A DNA stretch of 64,000 bases from a virus, in IMG/VR virus record IMGVR_UViG_3300018875_000062, positions 5,730-69,729 of that record; one strand, 5' to 3'. A model generated the notes under the pieces. That model was not told the origin of the DNA and did not search any database. It saw only the letters and a list, made by a program, of their open reading frames with translations. Made by a program: the position numbers and the translations under genes. This document shows positions 19,488 to 28,812 of this stretch, piece after piece (position 1 is the first letter of the stretch; every line of letters begins with the position of its first letter).

Positions 19488-19763
19488 ATGGCTGTCGAGA
19501 CAATCGAAATCCACCCGACATTTACAACGCAGGTTGAGTCCAATCCTGGCGGGGTCCGCATCATCACGACCATGGGCAACCTCATGCAGGATCTTGAGCC
19601 TTACGGCTACAAGATTGCTCAGGCGATCTATGCGGGTGGTTCGGTCAAACTTGTGATCGAGGTGCCAGACCCCACCCCTCTGTCCTCCCTTGCTCTGGGG
19701 GGAGGAATGAAAGAAGATAATATGTGCCCTCCGTCCCTTCGTTCCTCGGGAAAGAGCAAATGA
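19488..19763 (+). CDS. Hypothetical protein
   Basis: ATG directly after previous stop, GGAGG upstream. Confidence 0.5.
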   Translation: MAVETIEIHPTFTTQVESNPGGVRIITTMGNLMQDLEPYGYKIAQAIYAGGSVKLVIEVPDPTPLSSLALGGGMKEDNMCPPSLRSSGKSK

Positions 19764-19836
19764 CCGATCACGCAACCGCTAAGTGGATGCCGATTGATCT
19801 TTCCGGGATTATATACTTGACGTAGCAGGAATTGTC

Positions 19837-20034
19837 ATGGAACAGGACCGCAAACAAGGCGACATTCTCACTTCGGCGCTCTCAGAGCGCGGCGAGCTTC
19901 ATTCACTCGCCGTTGCTTGCGTTGCCGATTTGCTTGAGCGCGACGCGTTTCTGGAAGTGTCTCGGGGTATGGCCGAGGGTATTGCGCGAGACGTGCTGCG
20001 CGAGTTGCGCGAACTGCTCGAATTATCGATATGA
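19837..20034 (+). CDS. Hypothetical protein
   Basis: AGGA RBS, 65 aa helical-looking ORF. Confidence 0.45.
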   Translation: MEQDRKQGDILTSALSERGELHSLAVACVADLLERDAFLEVSRGMAEGIARDVLRELRELLELSI

Positions 20035-20041
20035 TGGGGCC

Positions 20042-20263
20042 ATGCCCTCCGATCCCGCCTTTGACCCCATCGAAGCCTTCATCTGGATCTACAGCAAGAC
20101 CTTGAGGGAGCATGATCCCGAGGGAAGGCTTCAGAAGTCAGAGGCTATAGCGAAGAAAATCTATCTGGCCCTGTCCTCGGATGACATAAAGTATCTGGAT
20201 GAAGCCTGCCGCGAAGCCATCATGGACGATCAGCGGCGGTTGATGGGGACGGATCAGCGATGA
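20042..20263 (+). CDS. Hypothetical protein
   Basis: ATG at 20042 following previous ORF. Confidence 0.45.
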   Translation: MPSDPAFDPIEAFIWIYSKTLREHDPEGRLQKSEAIAKKIYLALSSDDIKYLDEACREAIMDDQRRLMGTDQR

Positions 20264-20685
20264 ATTTTGCCTGAGCCACGGAGGGCAAGGGCCAACCGTC
20301 GTCCAAGCCTCAGAGCTGGGTAGAGCCTCCGGGCCAGCCTCTCTTGCCCCAGAACAAGCGCATTGAGCCGGTTGAACAGACCGGAGGGCGAACTCAACAG
20401 GGCCAGGTGATGCACGGCTGTGTCACCGTGGTAGATTGAGCCGTCCCGAATAAACAGCATGCCCGCGTCAAGGTCATGGTTCCCACGCAATTCGTCCAGC
20501 AGAGCGCCAGGAAGCTCTCGGGCATTGATCAAGCGCACGGGGCCGACTGCCTCGCGCAGGCGCAAAAGGGTGACATAGCTGGAGCAGAACGGGCACTCAC
20601 CGTCATAGACAATCGTCGTCGGGCCCTGACGCAGATCGTCCAGTGTCTCGGGCTCAGAGAATCCACTCGGGGTCTGCAAAGACAT
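20254..20685 (-). CDS. DCC1-like (DUF393) thiol-disulfide oxidoreductase
   Basis: IVYDGECPFC (DxxCxxC) motif, G..YHGDTA. Confidence 0.88.
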   Translation of the reverse strand: MSLQTPSGFSEPETLDDLRQGPTTIVYDGECPFCSSYVTLLRLREAVGPVRLINARELPGALLDELRGNHDLDAGMLFIRDGSIYHGDTAVHHLALLSSPSGLFNRLNALVLGQERLARRLYPALRLGRRLALALRGSGKIHR

Positions 20686-22513
20686 AATCGCGCTCCTCCC
20701 CGCGCTCTCGGACTGTGATCGTAACGAAGGCTGGGCGGCGCAGAGAGCCTGTATCTACCACAAAAGACGATCCCTCCCAGTGCCCCGGCACGGTATCTTC
20801 GGGCTGTAGCCCAGGCTTCTGAACCACGTCCGCTCGATAACGAAGACTGATCTCGGGCTGATTAAACCCTGTCGTCTCGACCGTAAACACGGTTCTGCCT
20901 TTCGCATCCCGGCGTGTGACCTTCCCAATTGCCGAACGAATTGACCCGTCGCTCTTTAGGACAGCCCGAAGCCCCTCCTGCACCACGATGGGGTCGGGGC
21001 TGGCCGGCCACGCCGGATACTGGATGCGCTGGCTATACATGCCGATTTCGTCTGGCACCATTGGCGGCACAGGCACTGAGTAACGCCAAGGCATGCGGGC
21101 GGACGCTGCCACAGGCAAGTGAGCCAGGAGCCTGCGGGCTCCTTCCAGGGCGGCCCTCTGCTCAGCGAAGGTGCGGGCCCGGGCGCAATAGCCCGCATAA
21201 GTGATGTTGAAATAGCGGAACCGCACCTCGCCACTGTGGCAACTCCAATCCTCGCGGCCGAGCGGCACCCCAAGGCTGGCTGAGCGCGGCCCCCGATCAG
21301 GCAGGCCGACGGCCGCGCAGGACGGCACTGTCATGGTGAACTCGCAGCGCGTGCCCGGGAAGTGCCGATGCTGGTCATAGGGCGGCAGGGCCCGCACGGA
21401 GCCGTAGAAGGTCAGAGGCGTAAGCGGGTAGAGCTTCAGCTCGCGCCGCTGATACAGCATGAACATGGCGTGGATGACGGCAAAATACGCCACGAGGATC
21501 ACCAACCCAATGGCGCGCAGGCCAGCCCGCATTCCCGGGTCCGCCGCAGGAGCGGCACTTTTGCGCCACCGCAGCAGCCAGTAATCCCAATCGACGAAGA
21601 AAGTGACAAGCAACAGCCAAGGCAGGTGCCACAGCCCCATGATGAGGCCCAGGCCCACGACGCTGCCGGCGAACAGCGCCCCCTCAATCGCGCGGGCCCA
21701 TGGGCGGCGCAGTGAAAACACCGCCGCGACCGGGGCAAGTTGCATCACGATATGGGCGGCCGCGAACGCCTTGTAGAGCCACGGTCGCGACCACAGTTGC
21801 TCGATGAACCACGGCACGGACACGCGGTCATAGCCGAGCCAGGTCACGGCCAGCGAAAACCGCATGTTGTCCGAGTTCCACCAGTTTAGCGGGCCAGAGA
21901 TCGTCACCTTTGCCCAGAAGGCCCCGTAGTAGAACACGCAGGCGGCGAGCAATCCCGCTACCACCGGCCACGCATAGCCGTCCGCCGCCCCTGGGCGCCC
22001 CGCCTTCCAGCGCGCGTGGCGCCGCCACAGCAAATGATCGAGGGCCAACGTCGTCCCGGCCGCCCGGGCGAACATAAATGGGAAAGCGCAGTAGAAAACG
22101 ATGTTGTAGCCGTGCGACCAGTACGGGTCGACGCCCTCACGCACACAGACCAGGATCAGCGCCAGCATGGTGCTGGCGATCATGGCTGGGCGGGTCCACA
22201 GCCCGACGATTGCCAGAAGGGCGGCCAGGGGTGCGAGCACCGCGGCGGCATCGATCAACCACAACGGCGGCCGATCCCCGAACAACTGCAGGATCCCGAA
22301 GGGATAAAACTCGACATGGGCCGCGAGATAGTCGCTCGGCCAGCCGAACGGCGAGAACAGCACCAGTTGATTGAGGATCGTCCACAGAACGGCTGAGAAC
22401 AGCAGGATGCGTGCCATGCCGAGTTGAAGCCGGAAGCCGGAGCGGAAAAAATACCCGTGCACCACGCCGAACACGCGCCAGGGGGCGGCGGATAGGGTGG
22501 TCGAACGCTTCAA
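20654..22513 (-). CDS. Polytopic membrane protein, HTTM / vitamin-K carboxylase-like
   Basis: About 10 hydrophobic segments, R in TM1, SH, YYGAFWAK..SG..WW, YPL motif, soluble C-terminal part. TTG start uncertain. Confidence 0.65.
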   Translation of the reverse strand: MKRSTTLSAAPWRVFGVVHGYFFRSGFRLQLGMARILLFSAVLWTILNQLVLFSPFGWPSDYLAAHVEFYPFGILQLFGDRPPLWLIDAAAVLAPLAALLAIVGLWTRPAMIASTMLALILVCVREGVDPYWSHGYNIVFYCAFPFMFARAAGTTLALDHLLWRRHARWKAGRPGAADGYAWPVVAGLLAACVFYYGAFWAKVTISGPLNWWNSDNMRFSLAVTWLGYDRVSVPWFIEQLWSRPWLYKAFAAAHIVMQLAPVAAVFSLRRPWARAIEGALFAGSVVGLGLIMGLWHLPWLLLVTFFVDWDYWLLRWRKSAAPAADPGMRAGLRAIGLVILVAYFAVIHAMFMLYQRRELKLYPLTPLTFYGSVRALPPYDQHRHFPGTRCEFTMTVPSCAAVGLPDRGPRSASLGVPLGREDWSCHSGEVRFRYFNITYAGYCARARTFAEQRAALEGARRLLAHLPVAASARMPWRYSVPVPPMVPDEIGMYSQRIQYPAWPASPDPIVVQEGLRAVLKSDGSIRSAIGKVTRRDAKGRTVFTVETTGFNQPEISLRYRADVVQKPGLQPEDTVPGHWEGSSFVVDTGSLRRPAFVTITVRERGEERDYVFADPEWIL

Positions 22514-22664
22514 AGCCTGTCTCCTGCTGGGACTACACTCCTGCGCCTTCTACCATGACAGTTCCGCTCACGTCAGCCCCAAACGCACGCATCTCAACCG
22601 AGATGGAGACGAGATCCGAACCACAGACCGGCTCAGACCCCGCTGCTTGCGTAGCCTCTCGGGC

Positions 22665-22985
22665 TCACTCCCGGACTATCGCGGCAAGATAGTGTTTGAT
22701 GTCGTTCAGGAGCGCGTTCGTGGTCTCGGCCTCGAACAGCATCTTGCGCTCGAACTCGCTCCGGTCCTTCAGGAGGATGTTCGTCTGCTGAAGCGTCTTG
22801 GACCATTGGGTAATGGCTTCCGTATCCGCGACCGTGAGGGACGGGACGACCACATCCTTCGAGGCTGGCGGGTCGCTCTCCTTGCGCTTCCCGAACCATT
22901 GCCCAAAGGCAGCCAGGACGCCAAGGAGGCCAAGGCCGAGGAACTGGAGGAACGCGACCGTGTTCGGTGAGGTCAAATCGATCAT
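22665..22985 (-). CDS. Lysis-region membrane-anchored protein
   Basis: N-terminal TM helix, overlaps upstream gene, downstream of endolysin. Confidence 0.7.
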   Translation of the reverse strand: MIDLTSPNTVAFLQFLGLGLLGVLAAFGQWFGKRKESDPPASKDVVVPSLTVADTEAITQWSKTLQQTNILLKDRSEFERKMLFEAETTNALLNDIKHYLAAIVRE

Positions 22986-23452
22986 GCTGAACGCGCTGCC
23001 TTGAGAGCTCCGACATCAACCCATGCCCTGAACAGGTTCCACATCTCGAGAAGCATGAACCCGAGATAGGCCCAGAAGCCGGTAAAGACGCCACCGTTGC
23101 TCACCACGGAAACAAGGATCCCCAGAGTGATCTGACCCCAGAAGATGCAGATCACGAGGGAGGCGAACCCCCGGAAGTGAGGTGAGTAAGGGAAGCTGGA
23201 TTTGAAGGTGCCGTTGACGATAAGGGCGGATAGCCGAAGGAATGCCGCCGCAAAGCAGATCCACCCCCATGTGACCTCATCCGCCCAGCGGGCCATCTCT
23301 ATGAATGAGGTCGACTTATCGAAGGTGAGAGGGTCCAGGGCGAGGGTGTTGGCCCACCCCAGAAGCGGAACGAGCATGATCCATTCGGACACGCGGACGG
23401 GGAAATGCTCGGCAATCCCCTGCCCTATGCGAAGAACGATCCGGTGCGGCAT
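22982..23452 (-). CDS. Lysis-region membrane protein (about 4 TM, holin-like candidate)
   Basis: Hydrophobic 156 aa ORF in lysis cassette. Confidence 0.7.
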   Translation of the reverse strand: MPHRIVLRIGQGIAEHFPVRVSEWIMLVPLLGWANTLALDPLTFDKSTSFIEMARWADEVTWGWICFAAAFLRLSALIVNGTFKSSFPYSPHFRGFASLVICIFWGQITLGILVSVVSNGGVFTGFWAYLGFMLLEMWNLFRAWVDVGALKAARSA

Positions 23453-23455
23453 GGG

Positions 23456-24007
23456 TCAGGTCCCCGTTTTCCGATTGAGGGCCTGCGGCAGGAGCGTCTC
23501 GGCAATGGCGCGCACGGAGTCGCCGCTGCGCTTGGAGCCCGCCGACGAGCCGAGCCAATACTGAACGACCGTCCCGAAGGCCGGGATCAGAGCGCCAAAG
23601 AGCACGTTCAGGAGCTGAGCCTGAGACGGAGGAAGATCAGCCTCCACCACGAACAGCAAGGACATGACGGCGAAGAACCCGACGACCACGATCACAGATA
23701 CCACCGGGGCGCCCCAGGAGATGGCCGAGCCCTGCTTGGCGAGCTCCAAGGTCTGGGCTCGGGCGCTCTGTACGTCCTCGACAGCGAGCCGCGCCTCTTC
23801 CAGCTGGATCTTGGCCTGTTCAACGAAGGCCTGAGCCAGAGCCGGGTTGGCGTTGATCTGAGCCTGCGCCTTCTGCGGGTCGTCCGTGCCGAACACGACC
23901 TTGGCGGCATCCGCCACCTTCCCGGCCGCCGTGCCAGCCTTCGCGCCGGCGAAGAGTCCGATCAGCTCGGGCGCGTATTGAATGAGCAGTCCAATGATGG
24001 GGTTCAT
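23456..24007 (-). CDS. Holin-like protein (3TM-holin-like)
   Basis: EDVQSAR, two TMs, V..YWLGSSAGS motif. Coupled to endolysin. Confidence 0.7.
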   Translation of the reverse strand: MNPIIGLLIQYAPELIGLFAGAKAGTAAGKVADAAKVVFGTDDPQKAQAQINANPALAQAFVEQAKIQLEEARLAVEDVQSARAQTLELAKQGSAISWGAPVVSVIVVVGFFAVMSLLFVVEADLPPSQAQLLNVLFGALIPAFGTVVQYWLGSSAGSKRSGDSVRAIAETLLPQALNRKTGT

Positions 24008-24684
24008 GCAGACTTCTTTCCGAACATGGTCTCAAGGAGAGACTTCAGGGCACTAAAAAACCCGCTCGGTTGAGCGGGCTGGGAGACGGGGACTAATGGG
24101 GGCTCGATATCGGGAGGTGGCGGTGCCGAAACAGGCGGGAGGGGCGCATTGCCAGCCACTCCCTTGGCCTTCGTGAGAGCAGCTTCCACAGCCTCTGCAC
24201 TGATCAATGACTTGTTGAGGCCGTCGCCTGCATAGTAGCTCTGGCCCCGATCGACCGTCCGGTGAGCGCCCTTCATGCGGTAGGGCACCGGGAACGAGGC
24301 CCATTCCTGCGCAAGCTGGATCATGAACTCATGATCGGTCATGCGACCGGCGATCCACCGCTCGTAGCCGCGGCGCCGGAGCAGATGAAGGCCAAGCCGG
24401 TCCTGATAATCAGGTGTGAACCGATCCTCTGCCTTCAGTTCGAGCTCCTCGGCCAGCCCTCGGAGGGTAGCGTCCATGAACTGATACCGGCCGCACGCCG
24501 ACGAGCCGAAGGTCTTCGTGCGCCATTTCCCCTGATCGAGGATCTCCTTCATCGTCATCGACGTGAGGGGCTTTGGCATCCGATTCATGCGGTTGCCGAA
24601 GACGGTATCATAGCCTCGTGGGGCTTCCTTGCTGCCAATGAAGTCGAGCAGAAACGCCGCCGGTCTGGGGACGGTCTTGTCCAT
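24004..24684 (-). CDS. Endolysin (lambda-like lysozyme/transglycosylase)
   Basis: IGSKE..GYD, SSACGRYQFM..TL, F.P..QD, LAQEWASFP. Confidence 0.85.
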   Translation of the reverse strand: MDKTVPRPAAFLLDFIGSKEAPRGYDTVFGNRMNRMPKPLTSMTMKEILDQGKWRTKTFGSSACGRYQFMDATLRGLAEELELKAEDRFTPDYQDRLGLHLLRRRGYERWIAGRMTDHEFMIQLAQEWASFPVPYRMKGAHRTVDRGQSYYAGDGLNKSLISAEAVEAALTKAKGVAGNAPLPPVSAPPPPDIEPPLVPVSQPAQPSGFFSALKSLLETMFGKKSA

Positions 24685-24709
24685 GGTGTCCTCGTGGTGT
24701 TCGGGGTGA

Positions 24710-25321
24710 TTAGGCCGGCAGTCCGGCGGCCTGTTGCATCAGAGTGTCGAGTTGCTCTTCGCTGATGCCGACAATTTTGGCCAATACAGGAACGAACATG
24801 CCGTCGCGGTCGAATATGTCGCCGCGCTCAAGGGCCTCTTCGGCGGACGCTTTCTGAAGCGGGTTCGTGAGTCCTGCAATGGCCTGCTGCACTGCGTCGA
24901 ACAGCGTCCCCTCGCCCCAAGGCGTGATCTTCATGATTGTCCTGGCTCGCCACATGGCCACCGACCGCGGTGGCGCTACCGGCGCCACGTAGTCCGCTGG
25001 CTGACATTGCGCATGCAGCCATGCCCAGAGTTCAGGCGTGTCGGCCTGTGATATGATGAGCGCGGCCACCTCCTGCGTATCGAGCTCCACGGAAGTATGG
25101 TCGGCGGTCGCATAGTGTGGCACGAACCGGTCGGTCTTGATCGTAAGCGGCGGCACGTAAGCTAGCGGCTGACATTGATCATGCAGCCAAGTCCAGAGAT
25201 CCGGCGTATCGACCAGTGACACAGTGATCGTAGACGCCTCCTGAGTGTCGACAGCCGACTCCGTGTGATCTTCGTTTACATAGTGCGGTACGAACCTGTC
25301 AGTTTTGATCGTATAGGTCAT
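24710..25321 (-). CDS. Tail-fibre-associated protein with 56-aa tandem duplication
   Basis: Follows tail fibre. TIKTDRFVPHY unit repeated twice. Confidence 0.75.
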   Translation of the reverse strand: MTYTIKTDRFVPHYVNEDHTESAVDTQEASTITVSLVDTPDLWTWLHDQCQPLAYVPPLTIKTDRFVPHYATADHTSVELDTQEVAALIISQADTPELWAWLHAQCQPADYVAPVAPPRSVAMWRARTIMKITPWGEGTLFDAVQQAIAGLTNPLQKASAEEALERGDIFDRDGMFVPVLAKIVGISEEQLDTLMQQAAGLPA

Positions 25322-26619
25322 GGCACCTTAATTTCCTCTGCTACGAGTGTCGCCTTGGCGGCGCCCCCGAAGAAGCGGCTCGTGGTCGTGCCGTTGAGGC
25401 GGGCCGTGCCGGAAGTCGTCCCCACGCGGACGCTGTAGGTGACGCTATTCGTGGAGGCGGGGGAATGGTCCACTTCGATCTCAAGCGAGGCAAAGGCCGT
25501 GCCCGAACCCGACGGCGTTACTGCTTTGGCGGCGATGCATGTGGTTCCTGCGAAGATCGCCGCCACAAGGGCAAAGCCGCCTGATGTAGTGCCGAAGCCC
25601 TGGAAGCGCAGGCGCACTTTATTCGTGGGGCTGCTTGTTGCGAAAGGGAGGGAGAGAACCTGAGTTCCCTCTGTGCTCAAAGGTGTCGTGTCGTCCGCTG
25701 GGATCGCGACGCTCAGATCCGCATTCGACGTATATTCGGCATAGGCAGAATTAAGCACAGCGCCGGATGGGATGATGAGGTCCCTGGCTTGGGAGACGGT
25801 GAGGTCTTTTGGGTCGCCCGTGGCCCCCGTATTGTTCCCCTTCAGGGTATTCGCCGGCATGTCAGCGAGTAGCGTGTTGTCGACGCTGTTGGCGCTGACG
25901 GCGGGGCCCGCTGGTCCTCGTTCATCCGTCGCCTGCGAGATGTCCGTCGTATAGCCGGTTGGCCCGACGTAGGTGTTCGCCGGGACCGTAGGCTTGGTGC
26001 CGGTTCCGCCGACATAATCGACGAGCTGCTTCACGCGGCGAGCCCCGTCAGCCACGATGGCATAAACCGGGGACCAGCCTTTATCTCCCGGCGGCCCAGG
26101 CACAGTGCTGTCCGCGCCTTGAGAACCTCGCACATCCGTCGCCTGGGAGATGTCACTGACGATCCCTGTCGGGCCAAGATATCCGCCTGTCGCGGGCTTG
26201 GTGCCGTAGCCGCCGATCCAATCCGCAATCTGCAGGACTCTCCGCTCGCCATCTGCGACCGGCACAGGGACAGGAGCCCAACCGTTCGGGCCGGTCGCCG
26301 GCATGTCGCGGATCCTGGTCAGGTATTCCGACACCCTGATCGCATAAAAGCGCGGGTCAATGTGATTGGCCCAGCGGACCATGTAGTAAGGCACGTCCGT
26401 CAGGGTCGGTCCTGCCCATGGCATGGCAAGCCGGATCTGGTTCACCGCCAGCACTTCCGCGATCACCGCCATGCCTGCGGTGCCGTTCTGCGGGAACACG
26501 AAGTCGAACGGCAACACAGCCGGATCCCATGCCACCATGTTGCCGGTCGCGATGTCCGAGCCATTGGTCAGCGTGATCGTGCCGTCGCTGTAGAAGAAGT
26601 ATGAGGGATCGAGAGCCAT
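25318..26619 (-). CDS. Tail fibre / receptor-binding protein
   Basis: Y..GTITLTNGS N-terminus, collagen-like G-x-x, repeated GW.PV...DG.RRV modules. Confidence 0.75.
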   Translation of the reverse strand: MALDPSYFFYSDGTITLTNGSDIATGNMVAWDPAVLPFDFVFPQNGTAGMAVIAEVLAVNQIRLAMPWAGPTLTDVPYYMVRWANHIDPRFYAIRVSEYLTRIRDMPATGPNGWAPVPVPVADGERRVLQIADWIGGYGTKPATGGYLGPTGIVSDISQATDVRGSQGADSTVPGPPGDKGWSPVYAIVADGARRVKQLVDYVGGTGTKPTVPANTYVGPTGYTTDISQATDERGPAGPAVSANSVDNTLLADMPANTLKGNNTGATGDPKDLTVSQARDLIIPSGAVLNSAYAEYTSNADLSVAIPADDTTPLSTEGTQVLSLPFATSSPTNKVRLRFQGFGTTSGGFALVAAIFAGTTCIAAKAVTPSGSGTAFASLEIEVDHSPASTNSVTYSVRVGTTSGTARLNGTTTSRFFGGAAKATLVAEEIKVP

Positions 26620-26680
26620 GCAAAATCTCCCGGCCAAGTGGGCTTGGCCGATGGCGGTGGGCTTGAATTGTGAGGAGGAG

Positions 26681-27028
26681 TTAACGGTTCAGACTGATAC
26701 CATTGTCGGCAAGGATCTGACGGATCTTCGGAGCCGTCAGGGCTTTGCGCACCTTCGCCTTGAGCGCCACACGCTGCGGCTCCGTCGCCTCATCGGCTTC
26801 CGCGAGCGCAATCACCTGGCGGGCGATCTCATCAGCTTTGATATGCCGGATCTGGGCTTCGCGGTTGAGCATGTCGGACGGCTGCCCAGCAAGATGACGA
26901 CGCGCTTCCGTGACCTTGCGGTTATAGAGTGCCATGCGCTGCCGTGCCGGTTCGAAGTGCTTGTCGATAGCCTTCTCTGCCAACGAGCGGAGCTGCTCCA
27001 GATCGGGGCCAATTTCGAGGCGCGCCAT
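26681..27028 (-). CDS. Hypothetical tail-region protein
   Basis: GGAGG RBS, ATG 27028, in tail operon. Confidence 0.7.
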   Translation of the reverse strand: MARLEIGPDLEQLRSLAEKAIDKHFEPARQRMALYNRKVTEARRHLAGQPSDMLNREAQIRHIKADEIARQVIALAEADEATEPQRVALKAKVRKALTAPKIRQILADNGISLNR

Positions 27029-27029
27029 G

Positions 27030-27446
27030 TCAGGCCTCCGCCGCCGTAACCTGGAGGAAGATCGAGACAGGCTGATAGGGGAACGCATCGAAAGAGATCG
27101 TGTAATCGCCCGGGGTGCGCAGGACGAGCTCAAGATCGTCGCCATCCGTCTCGATCGATTGCCCGTATTCGGGGCCCTGAACATTGACCGTTGTCCCGGC
27201 CGGGATACCGCTGATGACAGTCACCTTGTCATCCCCCTCCTGGCGCTCGCTGATCGTGTAGTCGAGGCGCGGGCGGATGGTCGGAACACCATCGGGGAAG
27301 AACCAGAACTCATGCGAGAACGGCGGGACATCGACAGCTCCAAGGTTGGTGTCCTGCCTTACCTTTTCGAGAACATCAGGCCGGGCCGGATAGCCGTCCT
27401 CGAGATGCGCGATGTACCGCCCCTCAGCATCGTATTGAACGATCAT
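27030..27446 (-). CDS. Hypothetical tail-region protein
   Basis: GGAG RBS, in tail operon. Confidence 0.7.
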   Translation of the reverse strand: MIVQYDAEGRYIAHLEDGYPARPDVLEKVRQDTNLGAVDVPPFSHEFWFFPDGVPTIRPRLDYTISERQEGDDKVTVISGIPAGTTVNVQGPEYGQSIETDGDDLELVLRTPGDYTISFDAFPYQPVSIFLQVTAAEA

Positions 27447-27468
27447 GAGTTATTGCTCCGATGTGATT

Positions 27469-27999
27469 TTAGATTTTGATCGCGAGCCAGCGCACGCGGA
27501 TGGGATAGGGCGAATTATTCGTGATGGTGATGGTTGAACTGTTCCAGACCAGTTTCCAGCCGCCTCGCAACTGCTGCAAACTGTCGCCGTTATCGTAATC
27601 AGATGTCAGCCAGTGTGGAGAACAGTAGTTGTCGTTCATATGGCTGAACTGATACGGGTGATAATGCGTGTCGCCCGTGCCCGAAACATGGTCAACCGTC
27701 GCGTGGACAGTATACCATCGGTTGTTGGATGACAAAGGATAGGCCAGCCCCATGATGACGGACGGGGTTGAGCCATGAGAGACCGTAACCGTGCCCGGAT
27801 ACCAGAGATCCACTTCGCCGCTGACAGGCCCGCGCCCGCCGGGGCATGTGACCGTTCCCTCATTCTCCCAGCGTGCCGGAATATGGTCGGCATCGAAGAG
27901 CAGCCCATCGAGATCGGCTGTTGCCGCGTCATAGCCAGCGCGGGAGACCCGGAACACATAGTTTGAGCCGACATCCCCGAGAACAATGCGCCGCGCCAT
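27469..27999 (-). CDS. Tail-tip accessory protein (paralog 3)
   Basis: MARRIVLG...RVSRAGYDA shared with two upstream ORFs. Confidence 0.75.
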   Translation of the reverse strand: MARRIVLGDVGSNYVFRVSRAGYDAATADLDGLLFDADHIPARWENEGTVTCPGGRGPVSGEVDLWYPGTVTVSHGSTPSVIMGLAYPLSSNNRWYTVHATVDHVSGTGDTHYHPYQFSHMNDNYCSPHWLTSDYDNGDSLQQLRGGWKLVWNSSTITITNNSPYPIRVRWLAIKI

Positions 28000-28003
28000 A
28001 GGC

Positions 28004-28387
28004 CTATCCCTGGTTCTTCATGAAGGCGAACCAGCGAATGGTCTTCCCCGCCGCAGGATATGTTCCGGGGTTTTCGGACGACTCCCCGGCCCTGGCGTAA
28101 AATCCGGATTGATCGACATCGCTGTAGACGGTGGAGAATGTGGGGAACTCCACCAAGCGGCCACAGAACAGGAATGGCACTACAGGGAAAGTCTTTCCAA
28201 AACTCACTCTAATAGAACTGCCCCCGGCAGGGCAGACGAAACTCCCTGAAGCAAGGGCCATGAGATGCTTCGTGCTCATCGAAAACAGAGCGGCGGCATC
28301 GCTGACCGTCTCGGCATCCACTCCAGCCGGAGAGACCCAGAGGCCATACTGCGACCCGCGGCGTCCAAGGATGATCCGCCGCGTCAT
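28004..28387 (-). CDS. Tail-tip accessory protein (paralog 2)
   Basis: MTRRIILG...WVSPAGVDA. Start at 28387 overlaps upstream stop. Confidence 0.75.
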   Translation of the reverse strand: MTRRIILGRRGSQYGLWVSPAGVDAETVSDAAALFSMSTKHLMALASGSFVCPAGGSSIRVSFGKTFPVVPFLFCGRLVEFPTFSTVYSDVDQSGFYARAGESSENPGTYPAAGKTIRWFAFMKNQG

Positions 28388-28809
28388 GGCCGCACCGTCA
28401 TGAAGATGAACTTGTCGCTGGCCGAGAACGGCACCTGTTGCGGGAAGGGAACGCCGACCATGACGGCGGTTTCCGAGACGACCAGCGCATAGGGCGTGCC
28501 GTCCCACCAGCCCAGATCGAAGTCGCCTGTAAAGTACTGCCTTTGGATCTGATCGATCACCATCTCTCCGTTTCGCTTGAGCGAGAAGATGCATGGCGGC
28601 GGCAGGGTGTAGGATGCCCCCAAGCTGACCCACTGGAACAAACCTGTGATCTGGCCAACGGAAACGGCCTTCGCATTGGCGTCCCTCAAGGCCGAGAACG
28701 AGATGACGCGGTTGTTGTTGACGTCCCCTGTGGCGGCATCAAAGCCCTGCCTTGAGATGCGAAGGTCATAGGCTGTGCCGATCTTCCCCATCACGATGCG
28801 TCGGGTCAT
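28384..28809 (-). CDS. Tail-tip accessory protein (paralog 1)
   Basis: MTRRIVMG...RISRQGFDA. Confidence 0.75.
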   Translation of the reverse strand: MTRRIVMGKIGTAYDLRISRQGFDAATGDVNNNRVISFSALRDANAKAVSVGQITGLFQWVSLGASYTLPPPCIFSLKRNGEMVIDQIQRQYFTGDFDLGWWDGTPYALVVSETAVMVGVPFPQQVPFSASDKFIFMTVRP

Positions 28810-28812
28810 AGC

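Noticed and set aside
24977-26292. Diversity-generating retroelement TR/VR suggested by tail repeats
   Set aside because: No reverse transcriptase in the window. Repeats are in-frame protein duplications without adenine-specific differences
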